Shown one piece after another: positions 13,250 through 26,939 of a stretch of 64,000 nucleotides of DNA (position 1 is its first letter; every line of letters begins with the position of its first letter). Source of the stretch: Octopus bimaculoides (Eukaryota); the NCBI RefSeq assembly GCF_001194135.2, contig NC_068981.1:119085495-119149494 (forward strand). The letters are read 5' to 3'. The notes beneath the pieces were generated by a model. The model saw only the letters and a list, made by a program, of their open reading frames with translations. It was not told the origin of the DNA and did no database searches. Made by a program: the position numbers and the translations under genes.

Positions 13250-14140
13250 GTCAAACACTGCATCAAACAATTAAATAAGGAAATAAAATAACGGAAAATA
13301 GAAAACTGACAAATATTTATTTAATTCTAACAGTAAAACACTATTGAGAATAATTAACATCGTTTTCAACAACAACAACGGTCTCATCTCACCCCATGTT
13401 GTAATAACAACCTCAAATAAAATACCCACACTGCAATACCAAGCTAATGCCCTTATTAAACATTTCCCGAAAATCAATCATCAAAAGGAAACACATAAAA
13501 AAATTACAAACCGAAAAATAAGCATCTTCCTGTCAAATATCCAAAAAGCAAGACTGAAATCTAGCAAAAGCCTCAGAGTGAGACAAAATTAAAGACATAC
13601 ACACAAAACACGTGTGGGCTGAAGGAACAGCAGCACTCACCAATATCTACAACTACACGTGCCAACGCTGTAAAATTCGTAGACTTTAGAGGCTTGGCAA
13701 AACTATTACAATTCGAAAACCAACAAAATCCTTTACAGATACTTTTCCCTTTTATACACACTATCAAACATTCTAGAAAAGTTAAGCCTTGACATCTACA
13801 ACCAACACATAATTTCAACATGAATGCAGACCACTACTCAGAAACCCAACAAAGTAAAATACCTGATCACATCAACAGCAAAAATCTTCGCAGACATACC
13901 ATTCTAATTACATCATCAAAACGTTTGAACCCATTCCCCAATATCTACTTATACAAAAAAAATATCCTACCTTGAGAAGTAGTACAAAATATTGGCCAGC
14001 AAACTATCTCTAAACCTTTTTAGTATACAAGAAAAACGTTTTCTGAACAGAGTGTAAAATGTTCTGCCCTTTCATTCACTTTTTTCATCATTTACGTACG
14101 CGATCCTCCTACACCTCTATAAAACATATTGCCTCATACG
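13250..14140 (+). mobile_element. Degraded LINE reverse transcriptase fragment
   Basis: A/C-skewed sequence with eroded RT motifs VKFVDFRGL (compare FVDFRKAFD) and AKIFADIP (compare YADD). Multiple stops. Confidence 0.45.
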
Positions 14141-14261
14141 TAGATGAGAAAACACATACTCCCAGTACTCTCCAAAGCACTGCAGCACCACTTCAACCCT
14201 AATTAAATCCCCGAGAAAACTGGTTCGACAGCAACGGATTTTTTTTTTTTTTTACTTGCTA

Positions 14262-14620
14262 GTTCTGGAGATGGAAAAATGATGAAGGCCTTAGCAGATC
14301 CTCCAAGTTCAGTGAAATTGATGCGCTGGTGATACTCTTAAGCTGTTGAAGGTCGGCATCTGCATGAAAGAAGACATAAGCATCAAGGGAGTTCAAAGGA
14401 GTGGGTGTTCTTGAAAGGAAGGACAGGGCGCAGTAGTTAACGCCGTACAACAAAGGTGACGAGAGAAGAGACGAGTGAATCAGGAGTGCCTGAATGGAAG
14501 TGGCACGAGCTCAGAGCAACTCAGGCTGATATAGTAGCGACAGAAAATGCAGAGATACAGCACGTATGTGGTCGAGAGGTTGGAGGGGTCTTTTTGGTTT
14601 GGCTGCCAGCATTTCAGAAA
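14262..14620 (-). mobile_element. CR1/L2-like LINE 3' fragment
   Basis: Frameshifted translation LQPLDHIRAVS...CRYYISLSCSEL...SFLSRTPTPLNSLDAYVF...LQQLKS resembles the conserved ORF2 C-terminus of CR1-group LINEs. Confidence 0.65.
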
Positions 14621-14699
14621 GTAAAGTTTATCGAAATTTTTTTAATTTGGCACATTGATATACTTTTCCAAGTTGAATTGCTGGAGTTATTTCACTTTT

Positions 14700-15060
14700 T
14701 CCTGAAAAATGTTTTTAAAAAGTTATAGAGGTTTAAAATTTGATCATTTTCACACGGTCATGAAACAGAACTTGGAAGCTGTCATTTTGTGCATGACTGA
14801 ACATCTTATCGTCAACATCTTGAAAATAGCACATGTTGTCAAGAAAAAATAAACAGCACGTCTTTTATAGTTTTAAGCATTGCGATAGCACGAACTTAAA
14901 AGATTTATCCAAAAACATTATTTAGCTGTTATTTTCTTTTGAGTATAATACCCTTTTCTTGTAGGTACGAAACAGTATCCTCCTCTGTTCTTTGTGTCTC
15001 CGTCATAGAAGCGAGGTTACCGGAGCTTACTGCCATAATCAAACTGTAAAATTTCCAACA
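14700..15060 (-). mobile_element. Possible Merlin/IS1595-like transposase N-terminal remnant
   Basis: ORF 14929-15147 ends LASMTETQRTEEDTVSYLQEKGIILKRK, similar to Merlin N-termini. Downstream sequence is eroded and no TIRs were found. Confidence 0.3.
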
Positions 15061-15849
15061 GAACACAGCGTCAAAAATTGGTTTCAATATATTTGTCAAC
15101 ACATGCTTTCTCGCAGACAAAAGAGTTCTCTCTTCCGCTTGATACAATGGAAACAGACATGAATGTGTCTGTAGCTTACGATTGGCTAAAATTACCCAAA
15201 ATTTTCAAAATTTTCTTGCTAATAATTCTTTATTTATTGAGTTATAGCGAAAATGATTTTCACGTCATTCATTGGCCTATAAAAGTGTATCATTACACTG
15301 AATATGAAATCAATTCGAACAGAATTAATGCTGACAGCCAAACGGAAAAGATCCGGTTGGAGTAACCATGAGAGACTAATCGAGTGGCCTTTCTTTCGAT
15401 GCAGTCAAGGGCGTCTATGTGTACATCAGCACTTATGTGGGAGTAATACTCCATTGCATAATGTCAGTAATTGTTGGAAGTTGAACTAGTTTCTGGCATT
15501 GAAACAAAGGAACAAGCTTTGGGATGCTTTCGACATAAGAGATCCTTGATGATACTTATTTCTAACGTCTGTAGTGATTTGGAGGGATCTAGTTATAAGC
15601 TGTTCCTGTTTAAGCAGAGAGGTGGAATGATGGTTTCTTGATACGAGTTTGTTTTTGCTTTTTTTTAAATTTAATTTGGGATATTTTTATTTTTGAAATA
15701 AATACTGATTGGCTGAGGAAACAGGACTCTAAGGAAAACACGTTGCTACTACAAATTCAGCAACGACAAGCAAACAGCCAGGCATGCTACCAATCGAGAC
15801 TTCGTCAGCAAAGAACTGACACTGAGAGTTGCTAGCTCCTAGCAACTAA

Positions 15850-16290
15850 CTTTTCCCTTCTTACCAGCAACACCAGAGAACATCAGATATAACAAACCAT
15901 CACATTGAACATCATAAATACACAATACATACAGAAAGCAAAAATACCAAGAGTTACAGACAATGCCCTCACAGCAATCACAATACAGAAAGCAAATATT
16001 TTAAAGAAAGCAAAACAACGTTCAAACATATTCAGAGTAATCCCAGATATCACATTTGGTCAACAAAAGGAAACGACAACTTCTACAAACAACACATTTG
16101 ATCTATCACGGACTACGCCAGTCTGGCTTGGGCACTCAATCTCCACTTTGAACTACAATAAATTTCAAACAACACAAAATAGTGCACTTCGTATCATAAA
16201 TTGTACACAGACCACACCAACCATCTCGTATATATCGAAACAAAAACACTAAAACTGAAAGACCACATACACGACACAATTGCTGCTGCA
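15850..16290 (+). mobile_element. LINE (I/Jockey-group) ORF2 C-terminal fragment
   Basis: ORF 15905-16252 contains TPVWLGHSISTLNYNKFQTTQNSALRII...TTPTI, the post-RT motif YASPVW...LQ..QN.ALR.I. Confidence 0.65.
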
Positions 16291-16956
16291 ACGAACCTCA
16301 ACTGTTGTCATTATGAAAATCAGGTGGAAGTTGAAATGTTTACTGCAGATTCATAACGGTATGTGTATTGCTCACGGATTCGAAGTCTAAGTCCATACGT
16401 TCGAGACTACCAGACGATACAAATTGATTTAAAATTGAGTACATTCTCAATATGACTATTTACTTGAAAATACTTGATAACTTATAACAATCATTTACAT
16501 ACTTATCGAAGTAAAGTTGTCCAAGGAGATTTGTCCAATGTTAGAGTTAAACGTCTTGGCTATCGACAAAGCGGGTACGAGCCCCACTTTATAATCCGAT
16601 GGTCATTGACACAACCACATACAACAATGCACATTTCTGTATAAATTTAACTTTGCATCTTTACCAAAGCATGTTTGCTGATTCAGTGTAATACGATCTC
16701 TTCAAATATTTCACCGATATGTTTCAATAGACATTGCTATTTAGTATACGCTCTAGACTGTCGGAATATTATTTCCTTATCTCGCTTATCATACTTCTTC
16801 CGGTAGAAATCTCTTGAGACAGAACAACACGATAAACACGATAAACAGTCTATTTTAGTCAACGAATCTGTAATACACTGTTCTAGATTTATAGTTGAAG
16901 AAAGGGGAATGAATACAAATTTGTCTCTCTTTCTCTCCCTTTCACTTTCCCTCTTC

Positions 16957-16998
<42 letters not shown>

Positions 16999-17071
16999 AT
17001 GTTGGCTTTGACTGAGACCAGTTTTCTAAATTACATATGCACACTTATATGTGCATATATATATATATATA

Positions 17072-17864
17072 NNNNNNNNNNNNNNNNNNNNNNNNNNNNN
17101 NNNNNNNNNNNNNNNNNNNNNNNNNNNNNNNNNNNNNNNNNNNNNNNNNNNNNNNNNNNNNNNNNNNNNNNNNNNNNNNNNNNNNNNNNNNNNNNNNNNN
17201 NNNNNNNNNNNNNNNNNNNNNNNNNNNNNNNNNNNNNNNNNNNNNNNNNNNNNNNNNNNNNNNNNNNNNNNNNNNNNNNNNNNNNNNNNNNNNNNNNNNN
17301 NNNNNNNNNNNNNNNNNNNNNNNNNNNNNNNNNNNNNNNNNNNNNNNNNNNNNNNNNNNNNNNNNNNNNNNNNNNNNNNNNNNNNNNNNNNNNNNNNNNN
17401 NNNNNNNNNNNNNNNNNNNNNNNNNNNNNNNNNNNNNNNNNNNNNNNNNNNNNNNNNNNNNNNNNNNNNNNNNNNNNNNNNNNNNNNNNNNNNNNNNNNN
17501 NNNNNNNNNNNNNNNNNNNNNNNNNNNNNNNNNNNNNNNNNNNNNNNNNNNNNNNNNNNNNNNNNNNNNNNNNNNNNNNNNNNNNNNNNNNNNNNNNNNN
17601 NNNNNNNNNNNNNNNNNNNNNNNNNNNNNNNNNNNNNNNNNNNNNNNNNNNNNNNNNNNNNNNNNNNNNNNNNNNNNNNNNNNNNNNNNNNNNNNNNNNN
17701 NNNNNNNNNNNNNNNNNNNNNNNNNNNNNNNNNNNNNNNNNNNNNNNNNNNNNNNNNNNNNNNNNNNNNNNNNNNNNNNNNNNNNNNNNNNNNNNNNNNN
17801 NNNNNNNNNNNNNNNNNNNNNNNNNNNNNNNNNNNNNNNNNNNNNNNNNNNNNNNNNNNNNNNN
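17072..17864. other. Assembly gap (largest of nine)
   Basis: N-run. The other gaps are 2321-2408, 5762-6452, 20704-20713, 22569-22782, 26863-26889, 31619-31912, 52963-53134 and 54998-55007. Most abut (TA)n or (GT)n repeats. Confidence 0.99.
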
Positions 17865-17886
17865 GCGTGTGTATGTGTCTGTGCGT

Positions 17887-17934
<48 letters not shown>

Positions 17935-18944
17935 GCATGCATACATGTAAAATTAATTCTTGCATTTACTTCACGTAGGCATTAATCTTAGCACCAACAA
18001 ATTTCTAAGTCTTCTCAGTCAATAACTGTTGCGATTAGATGAACTGAGATGTTTCTTGTTAGGTGCATATCTTTGTACGTACCGCATTCACACCAACACG
18101 CACGCGCACGCACACGCACACACACACACACATATACACGCACGCTCTCTCTCTCTCTCTCCCTCCCTCACACACACTCTCTCTCTCTCTCTCTCGCACA
18201 CACACACGCACACATACACACACTCTCTCTCTCTCATACATATATGTAAACAGAAACCTTACAAGATTTATCTAATGGAAGCATTTAGAGACTGAGAGGG
18301 TTTAAAAAAATTAATTAGAAATTAGTTGGAGATTAATAAACTCAGAGAAAGAAATGCAAGAATAAATTCTATGTACGTACGTATGTATGTGTGTGTGTTA
18401 TGGCACCTTTCCTATCCATCTCTTGCGAGTTTTTCACTAATGATCCTACGGATATAAATTAACTACTTAGGTCAAACCAAAGCTAAAAGCTTGTCGAACT
18501 TTTTTTCTACCGCATCATGGAGGATACCCATCTACACCAAATTACTGCGAACTTCCACCTTCCGCTTCTTTCCTGATTTTCTGCTATATTTTTTATATAT
18601 ATTCATATACCTTTGTTCTCTCATTAATAAGTCAATCTACACATCGCTGGCGGTGAGGTGAATCGCTGTTGCCTCTAGCAGTCGAGTGTCCATCATCTGG
18701 TGCTCTCGGCCCTAGAGGTAGCGGGGATTTATCTCCCCGCTAGCTATATAAAAGAGAGTGCAAATTACATCAAAAAGCCAGTATGAGAGTTTCTCTCATG
18801 ATAGCTACTGCAACATAGTTTGTTCAAATAGAACGTCCACGTTTAAGTGCTGATAAATATTACCTCACGGTATTAATATTGCCTCTGTCGCTAGTATATA
18901 TCTCATTAATATGCTTTATAAATATATAGCGGCGACCAATCAGA

Positions 18945-19135
18945 ATCGTTACGCACCGCGAAAAATGCTTAGCGGCATTTCTTCCGACTTTACGTTCAAA
19001 TATCGCCGGGGTCGACTTTGTATTTCATTATTTCGGGGTTGATAAAACAAGTACCAGTTGAACAAGAGGGTAATGTAATCGACTTATCCCCTTCCCCAAA
19101 AGTGTTGGCCTTGTACCAAACTTTGAAACCAATAT
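18945..19135 (+). mobile_element. SINE family B (Meta-domain-like centre)
   Basis: GTCGACTTTG...TTTCGGGGTTGATAAAACAAGTACCAG...GTAATCGACTT, shared with copies at 26335, 32115, 41177, 42340, 49320, 52310, 57035, 57435 and 63265. Confidence 0.8.
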
Positions 19136-19147
19136 ATTTTATAAATG

Positions 19148-19365
19148 CGAGGGGTTACTGAAAAATTCCTGGTTTTGAGTAAAAGAAAATACAGGAGGAT
19201 CGGTTAAAGATGATTTTACTCAACATATTCCCCTCTCAAATTTACACACTTATTGCAGCGGCCCTTCAGTTTTTTCTTAACCCTGTAAAAGAACTCAGAA
19301 GTTTGAGCCTTCAACCAGGCCTTTCACGATGCCCTTAAATCCAGGAACTCTTCAGCACTCCTTTG
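19148..19365 (-). mobile_element. Mariner-derived MITE (about 218 bp)
   Basis: About 27-bp TIRs (CGAGGGGTTACTGAAAAATTCCTGG / CCAGGAACTCTTCAGCACTCCTTTG) with TA on the right flank. The interior encodes an eroded transposase C-terminus resembling L.KL..RC.KCV.L.GEYVE*. Confidence 0.8.
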
Positions 19366-19561
19366 TATGTTATAAATTGATTTGATGCTTTGCGACCGCT
19401 TGTTCAACGTTTACCATTACAAATTTCATGAAAGGCACGGTAGTTCTTCAGATGACAAGGTCGGAGCGGTATCTTCAGTAGAAACATGTCAGCTTCAGTA
19501 ATTATTGTGGCTCTCGCATAGTTTATTTGCTAAAAAAAACTTGCAAATGAAAGTGCTTGTA

Positions 19562-20395
19562 GCATAATCACATTATTCAGCATGTTGCTCTGGACGGATC
19601 TGGTTTCCATCCGTTTTTGTCTATTATCTGGCCCAAGTATTTAATTTCTTTCATAAAGAACTCGCATTTTTCTTCCGTTAACTTGAAACCGTATTCTCTA
19701 ATCTTTTCGAATACCCTTTTAATATGTTCTACATGTTGTTCATGTGATTTGCTTTTTATTAGGATATCATCTAAATAGGCGATCACAAAATCACAGTCAC
19801 CCAGCATTGTATCCATTATTTGCTGAAATATGGAAGGAGTCACTTTTACACCAAAGGGAAGCAGCTTAGATTTAAATAATCCACGGTGTATATTAAGGAT
19901 TAATAAGTGTGAGCATTCTTCTTCTACTTGGATCTGTAAATATGCCTCCGAGAGATCTTCTCGATTATTCCTAGGTTTTCAAGTCTTTCAAGTTCCTTAT
20001 TTACCTGTTCTAGTGCCGTGAACGGTACATTCCGTTTTCGCTCAAATACAGGTGTTGCACTTTGTTTTACTACAATTTTGCTTTCGTTTTTGTGCAGCAC
20101 CCCAGATGCTCCGAGAAAACTTCTGGGAATAAATGTTTTATTTTTTTTGTTTCAATCCCTTAGCCGAATTTGAACCTTCGACTGAACCGACTATATTCCC
20201 ACACAAAACACTTATGGGCGTATTGCACAATTTGAACAATTCCATCCACTCTGTGTCGAATAGATTAACTGAATTTTTTAACACATATATTTTTGCCGTT
20301 TTCATTCGGTCACGAAATGTCACATTACACACAAATTCACCTACAAAATAAATCTTTTACCCATAACACCGTGCGCTACTTTTGTAGATTTACTT
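19562..20395 (-). mobile_element. Gypsy LTR-retrotransposon pol fragment (protease-RT region, internally deleted)
   Basis: ORF 19577-19843 reads PSIFQQIMDTML...IAYLDDILI...KCEFFMKEIKYLGQII, a typical Gypsy RT. Upstream sequence resembles the protease-RT linker (PEVFSG...RKRNVPF). Confidence 0.9.
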
Positions 20396-20415
20396 AATTT
20401 CGGCTTACCGATATA

Positions 20416-21005
20416 CAGTGGGGGGAAATAAATATTCATACATGTCAAAATTCTTTATTTATTTAATTTCTAATGAACATAAATGGGATATACCAATACT
20501 ATATTTGCATACACATGCATAAACTAAGAATAGACAAACGAAACTAAGAAATTATAGTAACTAATGAATTTATATACAATTATAAATATTTATGGGTGAA
20601 AAAAGTATTCGTACAGAACATAAATAACTGATAATTCTGATTTAATACTTCGTAGCATAACCATTATTGAGTTCCACTTCAACCAATCTCTTCTTGTAGC
20701 TCTNNNNNNNNNNGGGGCTCTTGAATGAATTTTAATTTTCAAATAACGCCACAAATTTTCAATGGGGTTCAAGTCAGGTGACTGGCTTGGCCATTCTAAT
20801 GATTTTATATTGTGATTGACAATCCATTTTTGGTAGACTTCGCCGTGTGCTTAGGGTTGTTATTCTGTTGTAAAACCCACCCTTCACAAAGCTGGAGCTT
20901 TTCTACAGAGTCCCATAAATTATTGTTCAAAATATTTTGGTACATCTCTGCATTCATTCTACCATCTATCACATGTAAATTGCCAGTGCCATTTGCAGAG
21001 AAACA
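20416..21005 (-). mobile_element. Tc1-like (DD34E) transposon, 3' half with one TIR
   Basis: TA|CAGTGGGGGGAAATAAATATT terminus at 20416. The minus strand encodes [16 protein letters not shown]...[15 protein letters not shown]. Confidence 0.85.
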
Positions 21006-22440
21006 TTACAAGAAACAGAAGCGCAGACAGATACTGATTGGATGAGGAAACAGGACTCTAAGGAAAACACGTTGCTGCCACAAATTCAGCAGCGACAAGC
21101 AAACAGCCAAGCATGATACTAATTGAGACTTCGACAGCAAAGAACTGACACAGAGAATGGCTATGGAAGTTGATGTGGCAGATTTTCATGAGAAAGAACG
21201 AAACCCAAGCCTTATATTGCACTACTGTGGAAACATTTTTAACAGAATTTGCCCTGACTGCAATGCTTACCTTTGGGGTACTGATAAAACTACCCTCTGC
21301 CGTAGCAAAGGAAAAATTAACAATGACAAAATTCCACAGATAATAAAAACCCCTAGAATAAATAGCTAAGTACTATGACGCAGTCAAATGTTTCTAAACA
21401 AAATTTGTGACTACAATAATTTACTGACTATGGCTTCACTTGGACTGGATAATCCACCAGCTGGACCACAGGGAGCACTTTTATGCCTACAAGATTCAAG
21501 AAAAGTTGTTCCACCGCATAGGAAGTCTCCTACCAGCAGTAAATAGGAAGTCAGTCTACGCACAGCTATATTTCGTTGACACTGGAAATGAGACGAGAAA
21601 CAGAATGTCATTTAGAGGAGATGACAATGACCTTAATGAGAACATCCTGCTAGACTTGCAGAGAGTACTGCATATGCACAATCCATATGTCAAAAGTTTT
21701 AAACAGGTTATTGATATAATTAAGGAATACTCTGCGCAAGGACAATGTTCTACCGGTGATATTATTATAAGTCATGACAAACGGTTGATTCCTGCGGGTC
21801 ACATGAGAGAACCTATAATCCACTGACTGCATCAGAAGTTGCTGTGATCATGGTGGGAGATGATACCAATAATCTAAACATTAAACCTGCGGATGTTGTT
21901 GTGCAGTACAGAGAGAACAATGGGAAGTTAGACTACATTAGTCAAATCCATGGAAGCTATGACCCTCTTCATTATGTCCTTCTGTTTCCCTATGGGGAAG
22001 ATGGCTGGAATGTGCTCTTGAAAGACAATTACCAAAGCAAAAATATCACTGAATGTGACTTTTATTCTTAACGGCTTCAGGTAAAAAGGGACGAGTTCAA
22101 TGGCATAATGAAAAGTAGACGTCTGATGCAACAATATGCAGTAGATCAATATGCAAAGATAGAGTAAAATCGATTACACTCCCTGAGAACTCATCAAAGA
22201 CAGCTTAAGGCTGAAAGGTATCAGGGCCTTCTGGATGCTATTGCAAATGGTGACATGAATGACGTAGGGTCTAAAATCATTCTTCCGCCATCACATACTA
22301 GTTCTCCTCGATTTTACAGGGAGTGTTTCCAAGCTGGAATGGCTCTGGTGAGAAAGTTTGGAAAACCACGCTACTTCATCACTATGACAACCAACCCGAA
22401 TCGGACTGAGATAGCGGAAGCCCTGTTTGGTTCTGGGAAC
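21006..22440 (+). mobile_element. Helitron Rep/helicase pseudogene fragment (N-terminal and pre-Rep region)
   Basis: Broken ORFs carry Helitron hallmarks: FHRIGSLLP, YAQLYFVD, HNPYVKSF, SYDPLHYVLLFPYGEDGW, QQYAVDQYAKIE, KIILPPSHTSSPRFYRECFQ, KFGKPRYFITMTTNP. Confidence 0.95.
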
Positions 22441-23788
22441 AATGAGAATATAATAGCTTTGGTTCTGGGGACAATGTGTATATATTGGCTTTGGATTCAG
22501 GGTATAAGGATATGAAAGGAATCTACACTGACAACGTTGTCTATAAGGAAATTCTTTAAGAAAATTATNNNNNNNNNNNNNNNNNNNNNNNNNNNNNNNN
22601 NNNNNNNNNNNNNNNNNNNNNNNNNNNNNNNNNNNNNNNNNNNNNNNNNNNNNNNNNNNNNNNNNNNNNNNNNNNNNNNNNNNNNNNNNNNNNNNNNNNN
22701 NNNNNNNNNNNNNNNNNNNNNNNNNNNNNNNNNNNNNNNNNNNNNNNNNNNNNNNNNNNNNNNNNNNNNNNNNNNNNNNNNNTATATATATATATATGTA
22801 TAGTGGTGAGAAAACTATTTTGAAGAAGAATGAGAACTACATTTTTTTCCAGTTACGAAAATTATAATCGGAATTTCTTGTCGGTATGAATTGTGCTGAA
22901 ATCAGTAAAGAAGCTGTAACAGTCTGTGGGATTATACAGAAAAATACTGAGTATTTTTGTTCAAGTCCTCAGAAATTGGAGGTAATAAAAGAACACCGTC
23001 CTATCTTACAGTATACAATGTTTCTGGAGATCATATTGTTAAAGACAAGATGATCACCGAAAATTAACAGTGTAAGACCAATCGCATATCATTTGGATGT
23101 GACAAATGTAATATAGTAAAGCTGAGTTAAGTTACCCAATTGACTGCATAGAGTCAGAAGGAATTATCCAATTATTAAAAAAATTGGGTATATTTGAATG
23201 TATACTGATATCAGCTACTTGGATTAAAGTTCTTACGTTAATCTATAATGTTAAAATGATAACACACTCTCGTGAGATGTGATAATTGACATCAATCGAC
23301 TATGGGAATATGTCATGAAACAGATAGATTTAATGTTATATTTGAAAAAGCGCAGTATGTTTCAATAAGAATTCCTGTTTCAGATAATTAGCCATATGCA
23401 GGTGGTACCCAATTCAAAAGGATATCGCAAATTGCTTCAGGTAAAAATGTTCTTCAACATTATTCACTTCGTTATCAATAGTCTTTCATATCGCTTTCCC
23501 GTAGTCAATGACATTTGTACAGTTTTTCATTTACAGTTTATGTAGTTAGATGGGAATGAATTGGGACCAAAAATGAATAAGTTCCAAGTACGATACTCGA
23601 GTCAAATTTCAATTGACATTCACAGTGAAGTACTATTTAGAATAATTTTTATGAGAATTTCAAACCAAAAATATTGGTAGTCAAATATTGAAATTGGGCT
23701 GGGGCAAATGTTTTCCCAAATATTTGCATCAGCAGCAAAGTGACTTCTAATGTCGGAAACGTCAATATCCTCGACGGAATTAAGTCAT

Positions 23789-23838
<50 letters not shown>

Positions 23839-25064
23839 AAAGAGAGAAAAGGATAAAGAGACCAATGGCAAAGTTAGAAATAAATTTTATGGATAAAGTC
23901 TTACAGCTTTAAGACTTTACACGCTAATACACGACTTATGTTATATTCCCCACTCGTGTTTATACAACGAAAAGGGCAAAACTAGCCGGTATACAGCACT
24001 TACTTGGTATTACCTGTATCTTTGGGTTTGGTCGAAACTAATACCCTTCATAACCTTATATATGTATATGTGTAAGTAGGTATATATGTATGCGTCTGTA
24101 TACATATATACAAACATATATACGTACATATATAATTTCACGTGGGATTGAGTAAGTTATCTACGATAGCCATATGATATAAACACTCAGCTCACGAAAT
24201 CGTTAGTGCTCTTCAGAAAGATATGTTAGATATACAGTAATTAACTGAGGTCGGCTGTTTAAGTTTTAATTCCATTAGTACCATTTAAGTACTAATGTCC
24301 ATTGATTGTTCTGCTTGTGTTAGAATTGATTACTACTGTATGTTTTGTTTATGAATTTGTAGAATGGAGAATATAACAGACTATGGAACTTAGTTCCATC
24401 CCTTTAGCTTCTGAGATCAAATTCCACCATGTTCATGTTTTCCTTTAATCCTTTATAGCTCGATTACAAAAGTATCAGTGAAATTATTGTTTGGATGTAA
24501 TTGACTATAGTTGGTCCATTATGTGCCTATGTTAGAAATAATCATTATTGAAATTACCATGAAAGAAGTTACAAGTCAGACGTTTACTGCGTTGGATGCT
24601 ATACGCAACAAACAAACACACACACACACGTGCATGCATATACACACACATTTATTGTAAATGTATTTCATTTAAAATATAATTTGTTTCTTATCACTAT
24701 AAAATTATAAGTTAATGAAAAACATTAGTCGAGATAAAATTTGAATTTATTTGTATTGATATTAATTTTCTAATTAAAATAAACACTTCAGATAACAGGA
24801 AAATAAAATAATAATTATATTTCATTTAAAAATTAATTTGTTCTTATCATTAAAATAAATAGTCGATGTTAAGTTAAAAGGTATTTCTATGTTTCTTCTA
24901 TGAATAAGTATTTCTACGGATATTTTTCGACGAATGCCTGTAATTGTATATATGTATGTATGGTATATTCTCTTTCTTGTTAATTTAGAATAAATTTTGA
25001 CCGGCCGTCTGCTTGGTAGCAAGGTTGTAAAGGAAGACATTTTGTTTTCTTAGCAACGTTTAAA

Positions 25065-25335
25065 CCTTAAGAAGGTCTTATAGTCCAGATATCGTGATCA
25101 TTTGTAGTGTGTACGTTCTCTCCCCAAGAACCCAAGTTCAGCCACATTTTGCTCCAGATGGGTTGGCATGTATCCTGTTGCTCCAACGATAATAGGTTTG
25201 AGGCTGAACGTGTATCTTGGATACTGGATTTGCAAACCCATTATCAATGGTCCATAGATTTTTCCTCTTTCTCTTGTATTTTTCTAAGCACATTGGTGTC
25301 CAGAAGGCAGCTGATTTCCACAACAGAACATATCT
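25065..25335 (-). mobile_element. 3' fragment of an RLE-type (R4/Dong/NeSL-like) non-LTR retrotransposon
   Basis: VEISCLLDTNVLRKIQEKEEK / YGPLIMGLQIQYPRYTFSLKPIIVGATGY resembles the restriction-like endonuclease C-terminus. Confidence 0.6.
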
Positions 25336-26045
25336 TTTCCTTATGTATGTATGTATGTATGTATGTATGTACGTATTTATGTATGCCATTCAGTTTATTT
25401 CAAGATTTCTTTCCAATAGAGAAAGAGCTGGTTTCTAACCTAGATCCAAGGCTCCTTCATTGGAATTTCAACACCAGCAACAGAGTATGCTTTCTTTGTA
25501 TGTATGTATGATTGTATGTATTATGTATGTATGTATGTATGTATGATTGTATGTATTATGTATGTATGTATGTATGCATGTATGTATGTATGTATGATTG
25601 TATGTATGTATGTATGTGCAGATTTGCATGTTTTATGTATGTATTCTCATGCATATAGTTGCATATCTAAACATGCTCATATATTTTAAATGATAAACTT
25701 CGAGGGCGTTTGCATGGGTTAGTCGGTCATATCGACCGCATTATTTATTTCAATCTTGTACTTTTATCGATTCGTATTTATGGAACCACTAAATTATGGA
25801 TGCTTAGTAAACACGGACACATACACACACACTCAAATGCGTACATACATGAGTGTACGAATACACACGCACGCATTTACTTAAACACATGCTCACCCAC
25901 ATACTCACATGAACACCAATATGTATCTGCATACATAAACGTACACACGTACATTTTATACACTCTAGTCCTCACACTTACCCACATGCACAACCCCATG
26001 CATGCACACTTACATACAAAGAGCGACAGATGCACTCAATCTGCC

Positions 26046-26092
<47 letters not shown>

Positions 26093-26781
26093 GACATCAA
26101 CGAATTCCACAAAACTGCAAATAGGTAAGAATGTGAATTTGAACATGCGAAAGTATGCAACAGATTGGACAGTAAATTGTGTGTCATTTGCAAATATATC
26201 CATACAGCAAGTAAGTTTATTAAATAATCCTTCCTACTTTCGACACAATGCCTGAAATATTGCGCGAGTGAACTAGTCGATTGTAAGAAGTAAAATCAAT
26301 TCTAGCGCTTCTTTAGATGATGAACTTGTAAATAGGAGCCAAGACTAGTGATTACTCAACTGGTACTTACTTCATCGACTCGAAAAGATGAAAGGCAAAA
26401 TCAATGCCGGCGAAATTTAAATTCAGAACGTAAAGACGCACGAAATCCCGCAATATCCTCACCAGTCTGACAGTCCTTAACGGCATTTCTTATAGTTCTT
26501 AAAGTTCTGAGTTCAAATCTCGCTGAAGTCTACTTTCAATAGGCGCGGGCATATGCACAGGTATGGCATATGCGCAGGTATGGCTGTGTGGTTAACAAGT
26601 TCACTTTGCAACCACGTGGTTTCGGGTTCAGTCCCACTGCGCGGCACGTTGTGCAAGTGTTTTCTGCTACACCCACCTACCCTGATCGAGCCATCTCTTG
26701 TGAGTCAATGTAATAGATGAAAATTGTATGAAAGACCTTCGAATATGTATACATATATATGTATATATATGTGTGTGTACT

Positions 26782-26862
<81 letters not shown>

Positions 26863-26889
26863 NNNNNNNNNNNNNNNNNNNNNNNNNNN

Positions 26890-26930
<41 letters not shown>

Positions 26931-26939
26931 ATGATGGAC

